Shown piece by piece: positions 12,662 to 29,572 of a stretch of DNA of 64,000 bases (position 1 is its first letter; each line of letters starts with the position of its first letter). The translations under genes and the position numbers were made by a program. The notes under the pieces were generated by a model that saw nothing but the letters and a program-made list of their open reading frames with translations, did not search any database and was not told where the DNA came from. The stretch spans positions 101,866,001 to 101,930,000 of the forward strand of contig OZ024741.1 in assembly GCA_964016885.1 (NCBI GenBank), in the 5' to 3' direction. Source of the stretch: Eledone cirrhosa (taxonomy: Eukaryota).

Positions 12662-13381
12662 CATGTGTGTGTGTGTGTGTGTATGTCTGTTTGTCTGTCT
12701 ATAAGTGTGCATGTATTTATTTAAGTATGCATAAATGTTTATATGTATGTATTTACGTATGTGATGTTTGTTTTTCATTTGTCAATTACGTAACTAAAAT
12801 TGTGCATCTTTTCTTCTTTTGTACCTATATAGTCTATCTTTTCCAGATTACTTCTTACATTTGTTATTATTAAACCAGTCAGTTCAATTCTGATGCTATA
12901 GGGTTATACGTACATTGAGTATGTAACTGTATGCGAGTCTCCAGAATATTATAATAATTAAAAGTGCTTCCTTTAAGGCATCTTGCAACAACAAACTACA
13001 AACTACAGTCAAAATGTATTATATATTAAAATAATGATAAAAATTTGCTTTTGGAAAATTGAAAGAATATTAGCTGGCATGATATTTATTAATAATAGGA
13101 TATAGTTATAACATCTATGGTATTCAACAAGTTTTACATATTGTCTATAGTAATATTTTCATTCCCTCTTAGCAATATGTGAATTCATACGACTGTGTAC
13201 GTTGTATTATAATATATACTTGCGACGGCCTCTCAGTTTTATTTGTTAGACCATATTTTCTTTATATATTTTCTTCTTCTTCTTGTATGTATGTATGTAT
13301 GTATGTATGTATGTATGTATGTATGTATGTATGTATGTATGTATGTATGTATGTATGTATGTATGTACATAAATATATTCG

Positions 13382-13432
<51 letters not shown>

Positions 13433-13438
<6 letters not shown>

Positions 13439-14156
13439 AGATTTGAATGGATACAGTTTAGTTGAAAGGAATTTATTGACACGTGTTTCTATAACAGTTA
13501 CATAACCTAAAACAGCTATCTACAAACTTTTAGTTATGCAGACATTCAATATTTCAATGTTATTATTTACTGTCATTTCATCAGAATAATATTACTGAGG
13601 ACCTATTTAGTTTTTATAGAGAATATTAGGAGGGAGGGATGAAGTTGTTAGAAGAATAGTTGAAGGAGTGGTTTTTCGATAGCAGTGAGAATTCTTGGTG
13701 GCAGTGAGTAATTAGATTCCCATCTGTTGTTTTGACATTTTTTATAGAATATATTATTGGTTATTTTTCTAAATCTATAGAAGGATTAGAGATAGTAAAG
13801 ATATGCGTGGTTGGTTTTGTGTTTGCACTTAATTAACATTCAGACTTAAATTTTTCTTTCAAGTGTACGTATCCTTTCACCCACGCATTCACACACAAAA
13901 TATATTTGCACACCTCTACAAAATACATATACTCACAATTCACATATTCATACTTACATATATATACACATGCATACACATATATATACACACATGTATT
14001 CATATACATACATACGCGCTCATGTGTATACATTTTCATACTCAACTTATCTTTATATACACACGTATAGACACACTCATATATACATACATACTCTAGT
14101 CCATGTGTACACACATACACATACTTACACATCCATATACACATATATACATACAT

Positions 14157-14237
<81 letters not shown>

Positions 14238-14906
14238 CATATACACATACACATACATATACATACATATACATACATATATATATATAAGCACTTTAAT
14301 ACATGAATACACTTACATCTAACTATACACATCAAACATATATATATATTTACTTATTTATATACATTTTCACATATATATACATACTTATGGACGTTTT
14401 TAGACACATTCATTATCGCATATTTGTACCTATTCTCATCAGCATATCTTTTCATTATTAGTATGGTAATTTAAGGTTATTAATATATGTTGAGAAGAGA
14501 TTGTTTTTATATTTTTCTAACTAGATTAAGGTTTATATAGTTGGGGGATGTCCCTCTTTTATGTAATATTCGGCTTGTAGTGGGAAAAAAGGGTTTTAGT
14601 TCTGTGACGGCAGAATAATGTTCGTTCAATTCTGTTATTCAGCAGTTTCTTCTTGTGTGTGATTATGTAATAAATCTCAAGATTACACAATTTGCAGAAA
14701 TTTTGGCTCCTGGAAAAGCTTTGGGTTTTAGCTAATTTTTCCCATTTTAGGGTAAACTTTTGGTCGCTATCCCTGAGCGTCCAAGCTTTTTCTGCTAAAG
14801 TTGTTACATTTCTTTGGCTCTGGTGTTTTATTGAGTAAGAATGCCTATACAATCGAGATTTAAACGATGTTGCCGTTGATCCCACGTAATACCACTCGTT
14901 GCCTCC
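13433..14906 (-). mobile_element. Inverted upstream copy of PLE C 3' region
   Basis: Almost identical reverse complement of 17153-18606; ORF 14559-14885 matches the C-terminus of the 773-aa ORF. Confidence 0.95.
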
Positions 14907-15178
14907 TGCATAACTAAAAGTTTGTAGATAGCTGTTTTAGGTTATGTAACTGTTATAGAAACACGTGTCAATAAATTCCTTTCAACTAAACTGTATCCAT
15001 TCAAATCTTTCTATTTTTCTCCGGATTACTTTTGGAACTACAACTGGAACCGTCGAGCAAACTCTACGTGAGCTGATAATCTACTGTGTGTAATATTTAT
15101 ATTACAATACAACGGAAAATACTGTATATTTACCTCCTGTAAAGTCGAGCAACCCACACAGCAAACGCAACCACAACA

Positions 15179-17500
15179 ATGGAAAAACACTACCTGGATA
15201 TGTCACTCAAAAACATACCAACCCAAGGTAGAAAGGAATATTTATTGAGCATGATTCAAAAAACTAATGAATTCATTCGACGTGTCAGGTGGAAAACGCT
15301 CCACTATGATAGAAGCCGTATGAACTCAACATTAGAAAGTGGTGTAAACAACAAATTCGGTTTTAGGACTTGTAAAAACCCACCCACCAACCCACTATTA
15401 GATGCATTTGAGCAGGACCTTATGAACTTAATCCTTAAAATTAAATTCAAAGGACGCAACACCAACAGCAAATTACAGAAAGATATAAAAAAACTACTGG
15501 ACGACCTTAAAAACACCAAAGGAATTGTAGTAAAAGCGGACAAAACATCAAACCTGTACACTATGGATTGCACTACATACAACAACTTCATTCGAAAAGA
15601 ATTACATAAAAAATATAGAAAAACGAGTGAAGTAACCCTTAAGCACATCAATGATGAGGCATGCGAAATAGTGAAAAATCTCGGAATCGAAGATAGGACA
15701 GGACCACTCTTACCAGCGGTACCCACCTTCAATCTTAAGGACCACAAGGTAAACTTTGATAATGACCCTAAAATTAGATTAATCTGCCCCTCTAAATCAG
15801 ATATAGGTAAAATAAGCAAATATATCTTAGATAGAATCATCCCCCAAATTAAGGCTAAGGTTAACATTAAACTCTGGGGGAAGACCCAAGAAGCAATAAG
15901 ATGGTTTAATAGCATTAGCAATAAGAATAAATCTAAGTTTATCCAGTTTGATATCGATGAATATTACTCATCGATATCACCTGAAACTTTGAATAGAGCC
16001 ATTAAGTTTGCTAAGGATAACTCTGACCTTACAAACGATGAAATTAAGATTATATTAGAAGCTAGGAAAACTATAGTCAAATTTGAGAACAGTTATTGGG
16101 TACGTAAAGATAGACCCTCTAACTTTGACATAACAATGGGCTCTAACGATTCGGCGGAAATAACTGATATTGTGGGGTTATTTATCGCCTTTAGACTCCA
16201 GGAAAAATTCAGCAATCTCCACGGCGGAATATACCGCGACGATGTTCTCCTCCTAGCTAAAAACCTTAATAACCAAAAACTAGAAAAACTACGCAAAGAT
16301 ATAAGAAAACTACTACTCGAAATAGGACTAACTATAACATATGAATACAACCTTAAAGTAGTTAACTTCCTGGATGTCACACTCAATTTAAACTCTGGTC
16401 TGATTAAACCGTTTCATAAATTGAATGAAAATCTCAAATACGTAAATGTTGGGTCTAACCACCCCATCTCTATAATTAAATCTATCCCTAAAAATATTTC
16501 CCTTAGAATCTCGAGTCTATCTTCTAACATACAAGTATTTAAGGAACACGCCGAGTACTACGATAACGCCCTTAGTAAAGCAGGCTACCTCAACAAAATA
16601 GAGTACATAGATGGGAACAATCAAAACACCCAAAATAAATCCCACATAGGTAGATATAATAACACAACACCAAACCACACTTACTACCATAGTATGCACA
16701 CCAGTAAACCAACAAACAAAACTAATAGAAAGCGATGCAAAGAGTACTTATGGTATAACCCCGAATACAATAGCTCCATTAGTACAAATTTACCAGTACT
16801 CTTCTTTAAAATAATTAAAAGACATTTTCCCACATCACACAAATACCACAAAATCCTAAACCCTACCACTATAAGACTGTCATACTCTACAGCGTTAAAC
16901 CTTGAACAACACATAAAAAAGATCAATACTAGAAGGTTAAACGAAAACACTAAGAACTTAAGTACAAAGAACACAAAAAAAACAGTAGACAATACACTAC
17001 AGAACATAAATAAACCACACCTAAGTTCGTCCGCAATACTACTCCAGAGAAAACCCAACGTACACAACTGTAACTGCACCTATCCTGACAACTGCCCCCT
17101 CGGCAATAACTGCCTGGAAAAAAATATTATTTATAAGTGTACCATTAAATCCGGAGGCAACGAGTGGTATTACGTGGGATCAACGGCAACATCGTTTAAA
17201 TCTCGATTGTATAGGCATTCTTACTCAATAAAACACCAGAGCCAAAGAAATGTAACAACTTTAGCAGAAAAAGCTTGGACGCTCAGGGATAGCGACCAAA
17301 AGTTTACCCTAAAATGGGAAAAATTAGCTAAAACCCAAAGCTTTTCCAGGAGCCAAAATTTCTGCAAATTGTGTAATCTTGAGATTTATTACATAATCAC
17401 ACACAAGAAGAAACTGCTGAATAACAGAATTGAACGAACATTATTCTGCCGTCACAGAACTAAAACCCTTTTTTCCCACTACAAGCCGAATATTACATAA
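15179..17500 (+). CDS. Penelope-like reverse transcriptase / GIY-YIG endonuclease, 773 aa, intact
   Basis: ATG start, SLKNIP N-terminus, ADK, FIQFDIDEYYSSI, MGSNDSAE, IYRDDVL, VNFLDV, CNCTYPDNC, NIIYKC..YYVGST, CKLC, LLN..CRH. Confidence 0.96.
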   Translation: MEKHYLDMSLKNIPTQGRKEYLLSMIQKTNEFIRRVRWKTLHYDRSRMNSTLESGVNNKFGFRTCKNPPTNPLLDAFEQDLMNLILKIKFKGRNTNSKLQKDIKKLLDDLKNTKGIVVKADKTSNLYTMDCTTYNNFIRKELHKKYRKTSEVTLKHINDEACEIVKNLGIEDRTGPLLPAVPTFNLKDHKVNFDNDPKIRLICPSKSDIGKISKYILDRIIPQIKAKVNIKLWGKTQEAIRWFNSISNKNKSKFIQFDIDEYYSSISPETLNRAIKFAKDNSDLTNDEIKIILEARKTIVKFENSYWVRKDRPSNFDITMGSNDSAEITDIVGLFIAFRLQEKFSNLHGGIYRDDVLLLAKNLNNQKLEKLRKDIRKLLLEIGLTITYEYNLKVVNFLDVTLNLNSGLIKPFHKLNENLKYVNVGSNHPISIIKSIPKNISLRISSLSSNIQVFKEHAEYYDNALSKAGYLNKIEYIDGNNQNTQNKSHIGRYNNTTPNHTYYHSMHTSKPTNKTNRKRCKEYLWYNPEYNSSISTNLPVLFFKIIKRHFPTSHKYHKILNPTTIRLSYSTALNLEQHIKKINTRRLNENTKNLSTKNTKKTVDNTLQNINKPHLSSSAILLQRKPNVHNCNCTYPDNCPLGNNCLEKNIIYKCTIKSGGNEWYYVGSTATSFKSRLYRHSYSIKHQSQRNVTTLAEKAWTLRDSDQKFTLKWEKLAKTQSFSRSQNFCKLCNLEIYYIITHKKKLLNNRIERTLFCRHRTKTLFSHYKPNIT

Positions 17501-17821
17501 AAGAGGGACATCCCCCAACTATATAAACCTTAATCTAGTTAGAAAAATATAAAAACAATCTCTTCTCAACATATATTAATAACCTTAAATTACCATACTA
17601 ATAATGAAAAGATATGCTGATGAGAATAGGTACAAATATGCGATAATGAATGTGTCTAAAAACGTCCATAAGTATGTATATATATGTGAAAATGTATATA
17701 AATAAGTAAATATATATATATATTTGATGTGTATAGTTAGATGTAAGTGTATTCATGTATTAAAGTGCTTATATATATATATGTATGTATATGTATGTAT
17801 ATGTATGTGTATGTGTATATG

Positions 17822-17882
<61 letters not shown>

Positions 17883-18449
17883 ATGTATGTATATATGTGT
17901 ATATGGATGTGTAAGTATGTGTATGTGTGTACACATGGACTAGAGTATGTATGTATATATGAGTGTGTCTATACGTGTGTATATAAAGATAAGTTGGGTA
18001 TGAAAATGTATACACATGAGCGCGTATGTATGTATATGAATACATGTGTGTATATATATGTGTATGCATGTGTATATATATGTAAGTATGAATATGTGAA
18101 TTGTGAGTATATGTATTTTGTAGAGGTGTGCAAATATATTTTGTGTGTGAATGCGTGGGTGAAAGGATACGTACACTTGAAAGAAAAATTTAAGTCTGAA
18201 TGTTAATTAAGTGCAAACACAAAACCAACCACGCATATCTTTACTATCTCTAATCCTTCTATAGATTTAGAAAAATAACCAATAATATATTCTATAAAAA
18301 ATGTCAAAACAACAGATGGGAATCTAATTACTCACTGCCACCAAGAATTCTCACTGCTATCGAAAAACCACTCCTTCAACTATTCTTCTAACAACTTCAC
18401 CCCTCCCTCCTAATATTCTCTATAAAAACTAAATAGGTCCTCAGTAATA

Positions 18450-18566
18450 TTATTCTGATGAAATGACAGTAAATAATAACATTGAAATATTGAATGTCTG
18501 CATAACTAAAAGTTTGTAGATAGCTGTTTTAGGTTATGTAACTGTTATAGAAACACGTGTCAATAA
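18450..18566 (+). ncRNA. Type I hammerhead ribozyme with 88-nt rod-like stem II (PLE C); minus copy at 13473-13589
   Basis: ttatt-CTGATGA-a atgacagt...actgttat a-GAAA-cacgtg-TC-aataa; internal pairings ataac/gttat, ttgaaata/tgttttag, tgtctgca/tgtagata. Confidence 0.8.
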
Positions 18567-18713
18567 ATTCCTTTCAACTAAACTGTATCCATTCAAATCT
18601 TTCTATTTTTCTCCGGATTACTTTTGGAACTACAACTGGAACCGTCGAGCAAACTCTACGTGAGCTGATAATCTACTGTGTGTAATATTTATATTACAAT
18701 ACAACGGAAAATA

Positions 18714-18829
<116 letters not shown>

Positions 18830-18927
18830 TATGTATAATACAAATATATATATTATTTATATATATATATAAATATATATATAGTATATATACATACATA
18901 TATATATATACATACATATATATATAC

Positions 18928-18959
<32 letters not shown>

Positions 18960-19032
18960 GGTATATATATTTATATATATATATAAATATATATATATAT
19001 AGTATATATACATACATATATATATACATACA

Positions 19033-19070
<38 letters not shown>

Positions 19071-19083
19071 CATATATATATAC

Positions 19084-19693
19084 ATGGTGGCTGCCAACTC
19101 GTTTTCGAGTACGGCCACTACTTTATATCCATGTAGGAGGACCCCTACCGATGCACTGAACGAGTGTGACTTTTCAGTCCGGCCAGCGACTTGAAAACTT
19201 TGGTACAAACACTACACATGTGACAATTATTGACACATAGTGCTGGGCCCATGGTACCATGTGACGACAAGTGCAGAGAGATCTCCAGATATAAAGCAAT
19301 GCCTGTGCCGTGAAGTTTTTATAGCGAGCAAAGGCACTGCACAAAGCCAGTCCTACTCTCTTAACCAAGATGATATTTACCAAAAAGAAGAACAAGTCAA
19401 CATCATTGGATATCATCAGGGTTGCAGGTGTGATATCAGAGTTTTCCTTCTCCTAGAATTCTGCCTTGACAAAGGCTAAGGGGTCATCTCTCCCGGTGAT
19501 TTTGGATGGCCATTGACTCTTAAGAGCTCCTTTGCCTTTTGACAGGTTTTGCTTTTAGTCCTGCAGGATGTCCAAAGTCACCCTCCTCACGAAGAAACCT
19601 TGGTGGGGTTGCCAGTTTAGTCGCCAACGACCCGACCATGGGACAGGTTGTACTGGGATACATGTTACCAGTAGCACCAACTGGTGACCTGAC
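19084..19693 (-). mobile_element. Non-autonomous retroposon, likely RTE-derived (bipartite SINE-like)
   Basis: Related copies at 36669-36985, 36997-37462, 60350-60507, 60900-61057; 3' end GGCAGCCACCAT + (GTAT)n; non-coding. Confidence 0.65.
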
Positions 19694-19894
19694 ATATATA
19701 TACATACATATATATATACATACAGAGTGTGTGACGAAAGAACTATGACTATATATAAACAACTATCTGGTTGTGGAACCAACCAACCAACCAGAAATTT
19801 ATAAATTTATAAATTTATAAATATATAATAAATTGAAGTGAGAGCAACTGGTGCGTGTGTTTCTTATTGGCAACATGACCCTCCCAAAGTATAA

Positions 19895-23922
<4,028 letters not shown>

Positions 23923-23984
<62 letters not shown>

Positions 23985-24085
23985 CATACATATATATATA
24001 TAAATATATATACATACATACATATATATAAATATATATACATACATATATATATAAATATATATATATACATATATATATATAA

Positions 24086-24116
<31 letters not shown>

Positions 24117-24128
24117 AATATATATACC

Positions 24129-24175
<47 letters not shown>

Positions 24176-24490
24176 AATATATATACCATATATATATATA
24201 TACATATGTATATATATATATATGTATGTATATATATATGTATGTATATATACTATATATATTTATATATATATATATAAATATATATACCATATAAATA
24301 TATATATATACATATGTATATATATATATATATATGTATGTATATATATATGTATGTATATATACTATATATATATTTATATATATATATATAAATAATA
24401 TATATATTTGTATTATATATATATATATATTTATATATATAATATATATTTGTATTATATATATCGAATATATTTATGTACATATATACA

Positions 24491-24526
<36 letters not shown>

Positions 24527-24568
24527 TATATACATATATATATAAGTATATATATATATATATATACT

Positions 24569-24646
<78 letters not shown>

Positions 24647-24648
24647 CT

Positions 24649-24680
<32 letters not shown>

Positions 24681-24688
24681 TGCATATG

Positions 24689-24734
<46 letters not shown>

Positions 24735-24760
24735 CATATGCATGTACATATATATATACC
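23923..24760. repeat. Compound (TA)n/(TACA)n microsatellite array
   Basis: Direct reading. Confidence 0.95.
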
Positions 24761-25006
24761 TACACAAATTACTTATATACCTATAACTTGTCATTTCGTT
24801 GATGACCTCTGTCCGTCTTAAGAGTTGACTGTTCTTTTCTCTTCCTCTCCCTCCTTCGTCTTCTATCCCAGCCACCTTTCAGAAGTCGCCATTTTGCTTC
24901 AATATCGTGTTTGATGAGCGTGTAAAATTATTCCGGAGTGGTAGCTTTTATTGCAGTCTTCACACATACATACATGCATACATACATACATACATACATA
25001 CATACA

Positions 25007-25039
<33 letters not shown>

Positions 25040-25217
25040 GCATGCATACATACATACATACATACATACATACATACATACATACATACATACATACATA
25101 CATCGTATCGTATATCGTATATCGTGCTTTTTGTGTACAACTTTGCTATTTATTACATACATATATACTGGAATGTATACTTACATATACATGTACACAC
25201 ATAAACAAGTATTTTAG

Positions 25218-25355
25218 GTTACGGCCCTTTATAGTCTGAGTTCAAATCCCGCCGAGGTTAACTTTGCCTTTCATCCTTATGGGGTCGATAAAGTAAAGTA
25301 CCAGTAATACACTGGGATAATTGTTGGCCTTGTGCCAAAAGTAGAAACAATTATT
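25218..25355 (+). mobile_element. tRNA-derived SINE family 1, 5'-truncated
   Basis: GAGTTCAAATCCCGCCGAGG..GGGGTCGATAAAG..GTAGAAACAATTATT. Confidence 0.85.
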
Positions 25356-25949
25356 GAGTTTAAGTATATTTATGCCAATGCGCCAGAATAAAATGCATGT
25401 ATTCAATAGAAATATGTTATACAACTTGTAATTAATGAAACGATCAAACATGTTTTATGTTTTTGCATTAATTTATGAACAAAAATGAGAAAATGTAGAT
25501 TTTAGAGTTCTAAACGTAGAAAATAATTATGAACACAGTTAACAGCTATAAAAATAGCCTAGAGAATGCAATAAAATACGAAGGATAAAACTCCATACGC
25601 CTCGAATTTCGGTCAAGTCATCTAACCAATGAGCTAAGCGACTTCTGACAACATATACTGTTTGAATTAGATAGCTATATGGATGAAAATAGCCTTCTAT
25701 ACAAACTGCCGAAGTGCTGGGTAATATGAAATTCTCTTTAGAATATGTAGGAATCAAAAACACAGAAAATAACTGTAAACGCAGTTAATTGCTATAAATA
25801 ATAACTTAGAAAACCAAGTAAAATACTCCAGTGAATGGGAATAAGTGGTCAGCAGCTGCTACAAAGAATCGAACTCTGTATCCTTCGAATTCCGAAATAC
25901 TTCTCTAACAATTTATCAAAGTGACCTCTGACAATATATATAGTTTCTA

Positions 25950-26068
25950 CACGATGAAAGGAAAAGTTAATCTCGGCAGGATTTGAACTCAGAACTTATA
26001 GGACTGTAACTCTATGCTGCAAAGCATGATCTCCGACGCTCTATCGATTCTGCCAATCTACCGCCCTT
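25950..26068 (-). mobile_element. tRNA-derived SINE family 1, 5' part
   Basis: Reverse complement of SINE head (gggcggtagattggcagaatcg..gagttcaaatcc). Confidence 0.8.
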
Positions 26069-26287
26069 CTGACAATATATATATATAGCTATATCATATA
26101 TATTGGGAAATTGGTGATTTGAAACTATAGTCAATTATATATGTGAAAATAATTCAGATAATAATGATAGGTGTCCAAATCTTCCCATTTCAGAGATAAT
26201 TTACTTGATTTATTGAACCATTATATGAATATATATATATATATATATATATATTCATATAATGGTTGAATGACCCTCCCAAAGTCT

Positions 26288-26348
<61 letters not shown>

Positions 26349-26968
26349 AAAGTAAGAACAACACAGCAGGATAAGGCAGCAAACAGTAAAAGAATGTGAA
26401 TGTTTAAAATAAAGTAAACAAAAAGTAAAAAAATAAAGAAGTGAAAAAAGAAGACAAGTGATTGACAAAAATTATGCACAGAAAGTTGAACATAGTGGAA
26501 TATTTGCGCTGAATAGGAAGACGTGAAAAAAGGATCTTACGTTTCGTGTAAGAAAAAAGAAAGAAGAAAAAAATATGAAAAAGTGTTAGAATGATATTAA
26601 GCTGGAGAGCAAATGTAGTTTAAATATATAGGGAGAGAGGAAAGAAAGAAAGAAAGAACTTAATAAAGAAATAAAGAAATAAAGAAATAAAGAAAGAAGG
26701 AATGAAGAAAAATATAACTGCACTTGGAATCGATATGAATTTAATTTTAGTTGAACGGCTGATATTTCACCATATCGATATTACAAATACGACAGAATAT
26801 CAGAGAGATGTGACAGCGACCTACTGGAAGAAACAACATACATGTATATGCGTATGTATGTATGTATGTATGTATGTATGTATGTATGTATGTATGTATG
26901 TATGTATGTATGTATGTATGTATGTATGTATGTATGTATGTATGTACACACACACACATATATATATG

Positions 26969-27036
<68 letters not shown>

Positions 27037-27058
27037 TATAAATATATATATATATATA

Positions 27059-27611
27059 TAATTGAATAAACAAGAGAGATGAACACTAATATAAACGTAC
27101 ATGTGTTCGAATCGTAAGGACTAAGTTTGCTAAGGTGAAAAAATACTAACTACAGCAATATTGTTTGTCAGACTTAATTTTAAGTATTGAATTAAGAAAA
27201 ATAACAGATCTATATTGGGCAATCGCCTGGTAACAACTAGACAGTTTTGGAAATTGTTTCGCAACATCTTATTAAGTGAAGTCCAAACTTTTCTCTGCTC
27301 CTCAGTAGTTCTTTAGAAATTAGTGATCCTTCGACTTCGAGACAAGCTGGGTTCCGAAGACACGTGCAATAATTCTTATCGCACACAATTCAATCTAATA
27401 TTTTTAGAAGTGGAAGGATCACTAATTGTCTAGTTGTTACCAGGCGATTTCCCAATATAGGTCTATTATTTTTCTTAATTTAATACTTAAAATTAAGTCT
27501 GACAAACCATATTGCTGTAATTAGTATTTTTTCACCCTAGCAAACTTGGTCCTTACGATTCGAACACATGTATGTTTATATTAGTGTTCATCACTCTTGT
27601 TTATTCAATTA
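27059..27611. mobile_element. Fold-back PLE terminus remnant (inverted arms 27059-27243 / 27427-27611)
   Basis: ~185-bp diverged inverted repeat; hammerhead on minus strand at 27235-27310. Confidence 0.7.
27235..27310 (-). ncRNA. Type I hammerhead ribozyme
   Basis: aacta-CTGAGGA-gcag...ttgc-GAAA-caatttccaaaactg-TC-tagtt. Confidence 0.7.
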
Positions 27612-27681
27612 TATTACACGGCTCGGAATAGCTTTTTTCTTAGAGCTATTTAATTGTAAGAGACTACTCTGAGTTTCTAAC

Positions 27682-27731
<50 letters not shown>

Positions 27732-27771
27732 TATAAATATTAATAAAATAGATGTTCTTTTGATCAATTAC

Positions 27772-27824
27772 ATTTTATTATACATATTTCGGATGTACAA
27801 CAGTACGTCCTCACCAGACAAAAT
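27772..27824 (-). ncRNA. Hammerhead-like motif (core CTGGTGA, probably decayed) in a PLE 3' UTR remnant
   Basis: attttgt-CTGGTGA-ggacgtac tgtt gtacatcc-GAAA-tatgta-TA-ataaaat; same family as 61387-61453. Confidence 0.6.
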
Positions 27825-28954
27825 ATAATGATACATGACATACCCTGAGATGTTAAATGGTTAAAATTTAATCAAGGTAGTGATTAACCTAAGAGAAAAT
27901 TTAACATATATACCCTAATTATGAAAAAATGCGAAAGCGTAATAAATTCAGTAGAGAATGTGTGAGTAAGAAAAACGTTGCTTAATGTAACAGTTATAGA
28001 GATTTTAAAATGTATGATACTACAATATATCTAGGAAAACATCTCATGAATCATAACAGCCAGTGATAGCCCCTGGAAAAGGATTTATAAAGAGGGAAAG
28101 ATAAAGAGGGGGGGGGGGTGATATATGCAGAAGGAGATTTTTCCCGAAAGTTAAACGGTTAATTTTGAAAATATTTAATTTATAATATTACGGTGAAGAC
28201 TCAAGATTTCGGGATTTTTTTGCTGGTTATTTATATATAAGTTTTATAAATTCTATAAGTGTGTTAACATTTCTAAGCTTCTGAGTTTTATGAGGGTAAC
28301 ATTTAAAGGATTTAGCTGACACATCAAGAATGACATTTTATACTGTTGTTATTTTCCTAAATTTAAACTTTAACAAGGATACCAACATATTAGGTATGTA
28401 AAGCTTTTGAAGTACTTATTGTTAGAAATATTTAAATAACGATTATGTATATAGATATATATTAATGAGCCAGTATATTTTAGGTAAATAATAACGACGA
28501 AGATAGAAATAAAATAAAATAATAGATTGAGGCATGTTAAGGTTAAATATACACCTATATATAACAGGGTGTAAATGCATTAATTATTCTTAGTTCAGAG
28601 TGTACATAATCAAGAAATTTAGCAGTTAACTAAAAATTATGTATATGAAGATATAGGGAGGTATATATATATATTAGGTATTAATGGTGCAGTATACTTT
28701 AGGTAAATGATAACGGTTATAATTTTATAAAATAGAGTTCAAAATGTTACATTTAAATATATATATATATATAAGAAAAACAATAATAAGTGCATGGATA
28801 ATTCAGAGTTCAAAATAATGTCTATAATAATTTTTAGTTTGGATATTTTCTCTATATCTGAATCATGTATATAAACATGTTGTAGGTATATTTAAAAATA
28901 TTTAAAAATATATAAAATATAATATATAATTACATACATATTATAATACATTAT

Positions 28955-29142
28955 CGGTGGATTGGCAGTATCGGTAGAGGGTCGGACGCCATGCTTTCCA
29001 GCATAGTTACGTCCCTTTACGATCTGAGTTCAAATCCCGCCGAGGTTGACTTTGCCTTTCATCCTTACGGGGTCGATAAAATAAAGTACCAGTAATGCAC
29101 TGTGAATTGCTGGCCTTGTGCCTAACGTAGAAACAATTATAT
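28955..29142 (+). mobile_element. tRNA-derived SINE family 1, near full length
   Basis: cggtggattggcagtatcggtagag head, B-box, core and tail. Confidence 0.88.
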
Positions 29143-29529
29143 TATAAATAAGAGATCAAAAACGCACCAAAAATTCACATTTATATATAAGTTTGAATCT
29201 GTTTTAAATTTTAGATTTTAAAGTGCAGTAGGTATATTTAAAAATATATGAATATACTATATTATATTATACTATAAATAAGAGATCAAAAACTCATTAA
29301 AAATTCACAGTTATAGATAAGTTCCGTAAAGATGTATGGGTTGGGTATTAAACTAAAATTTAAAACATAGATAGGAAGATAGATAGAGAAATAAAGAAAT
29401 AAAGAAATAAAGAAATAAAGAAATACACCCGGATGTAACACATGCGGAAACTAAGCAGACAACACACACAAAAACAAGATGGTGTAGGACAGAACAAAGG
29501 AGAGGCACAAAACAAAGAAAAGAATCCCG

Positions 29530-29572
29530 GTCACTGATGAGGTCACAGAATGTGTGACGAAAAAACTTTGAC
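29530..29572 (+). ncRNA. Minimal hammerhead motif in a PLE tail remnant (~29350-29722; related fragment 19722-19895)
   Basis: gtca-CTGATGA-g gtcaca gaatg tgtgac-GAAA-aaac-TT-tgac; downstream ggttgtggaaccaaccaacc..gaccctcccaaagtata shared with 19768-19893. Confidence 0.65.

Noticed and set aside
15304-17079. Antisense ORFs within PLE C (and similar ones in LINEs)
   Set aside because: Shadows of the sense ORF with no motifs
18455-18498. Compact alternative hammerhead CTGATGA-aatg..catt-GAAA-tattgaatg-TC
   Set aside because: No stem I can form after this GTC; the long-range fold gives both stem I and an 8-bp stem II. It may still be an alternative conformer
28955-29045. Functional tRNA genes
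   Set aside because: A/B-box heads continue into SINE core and tail; no cloverleaf
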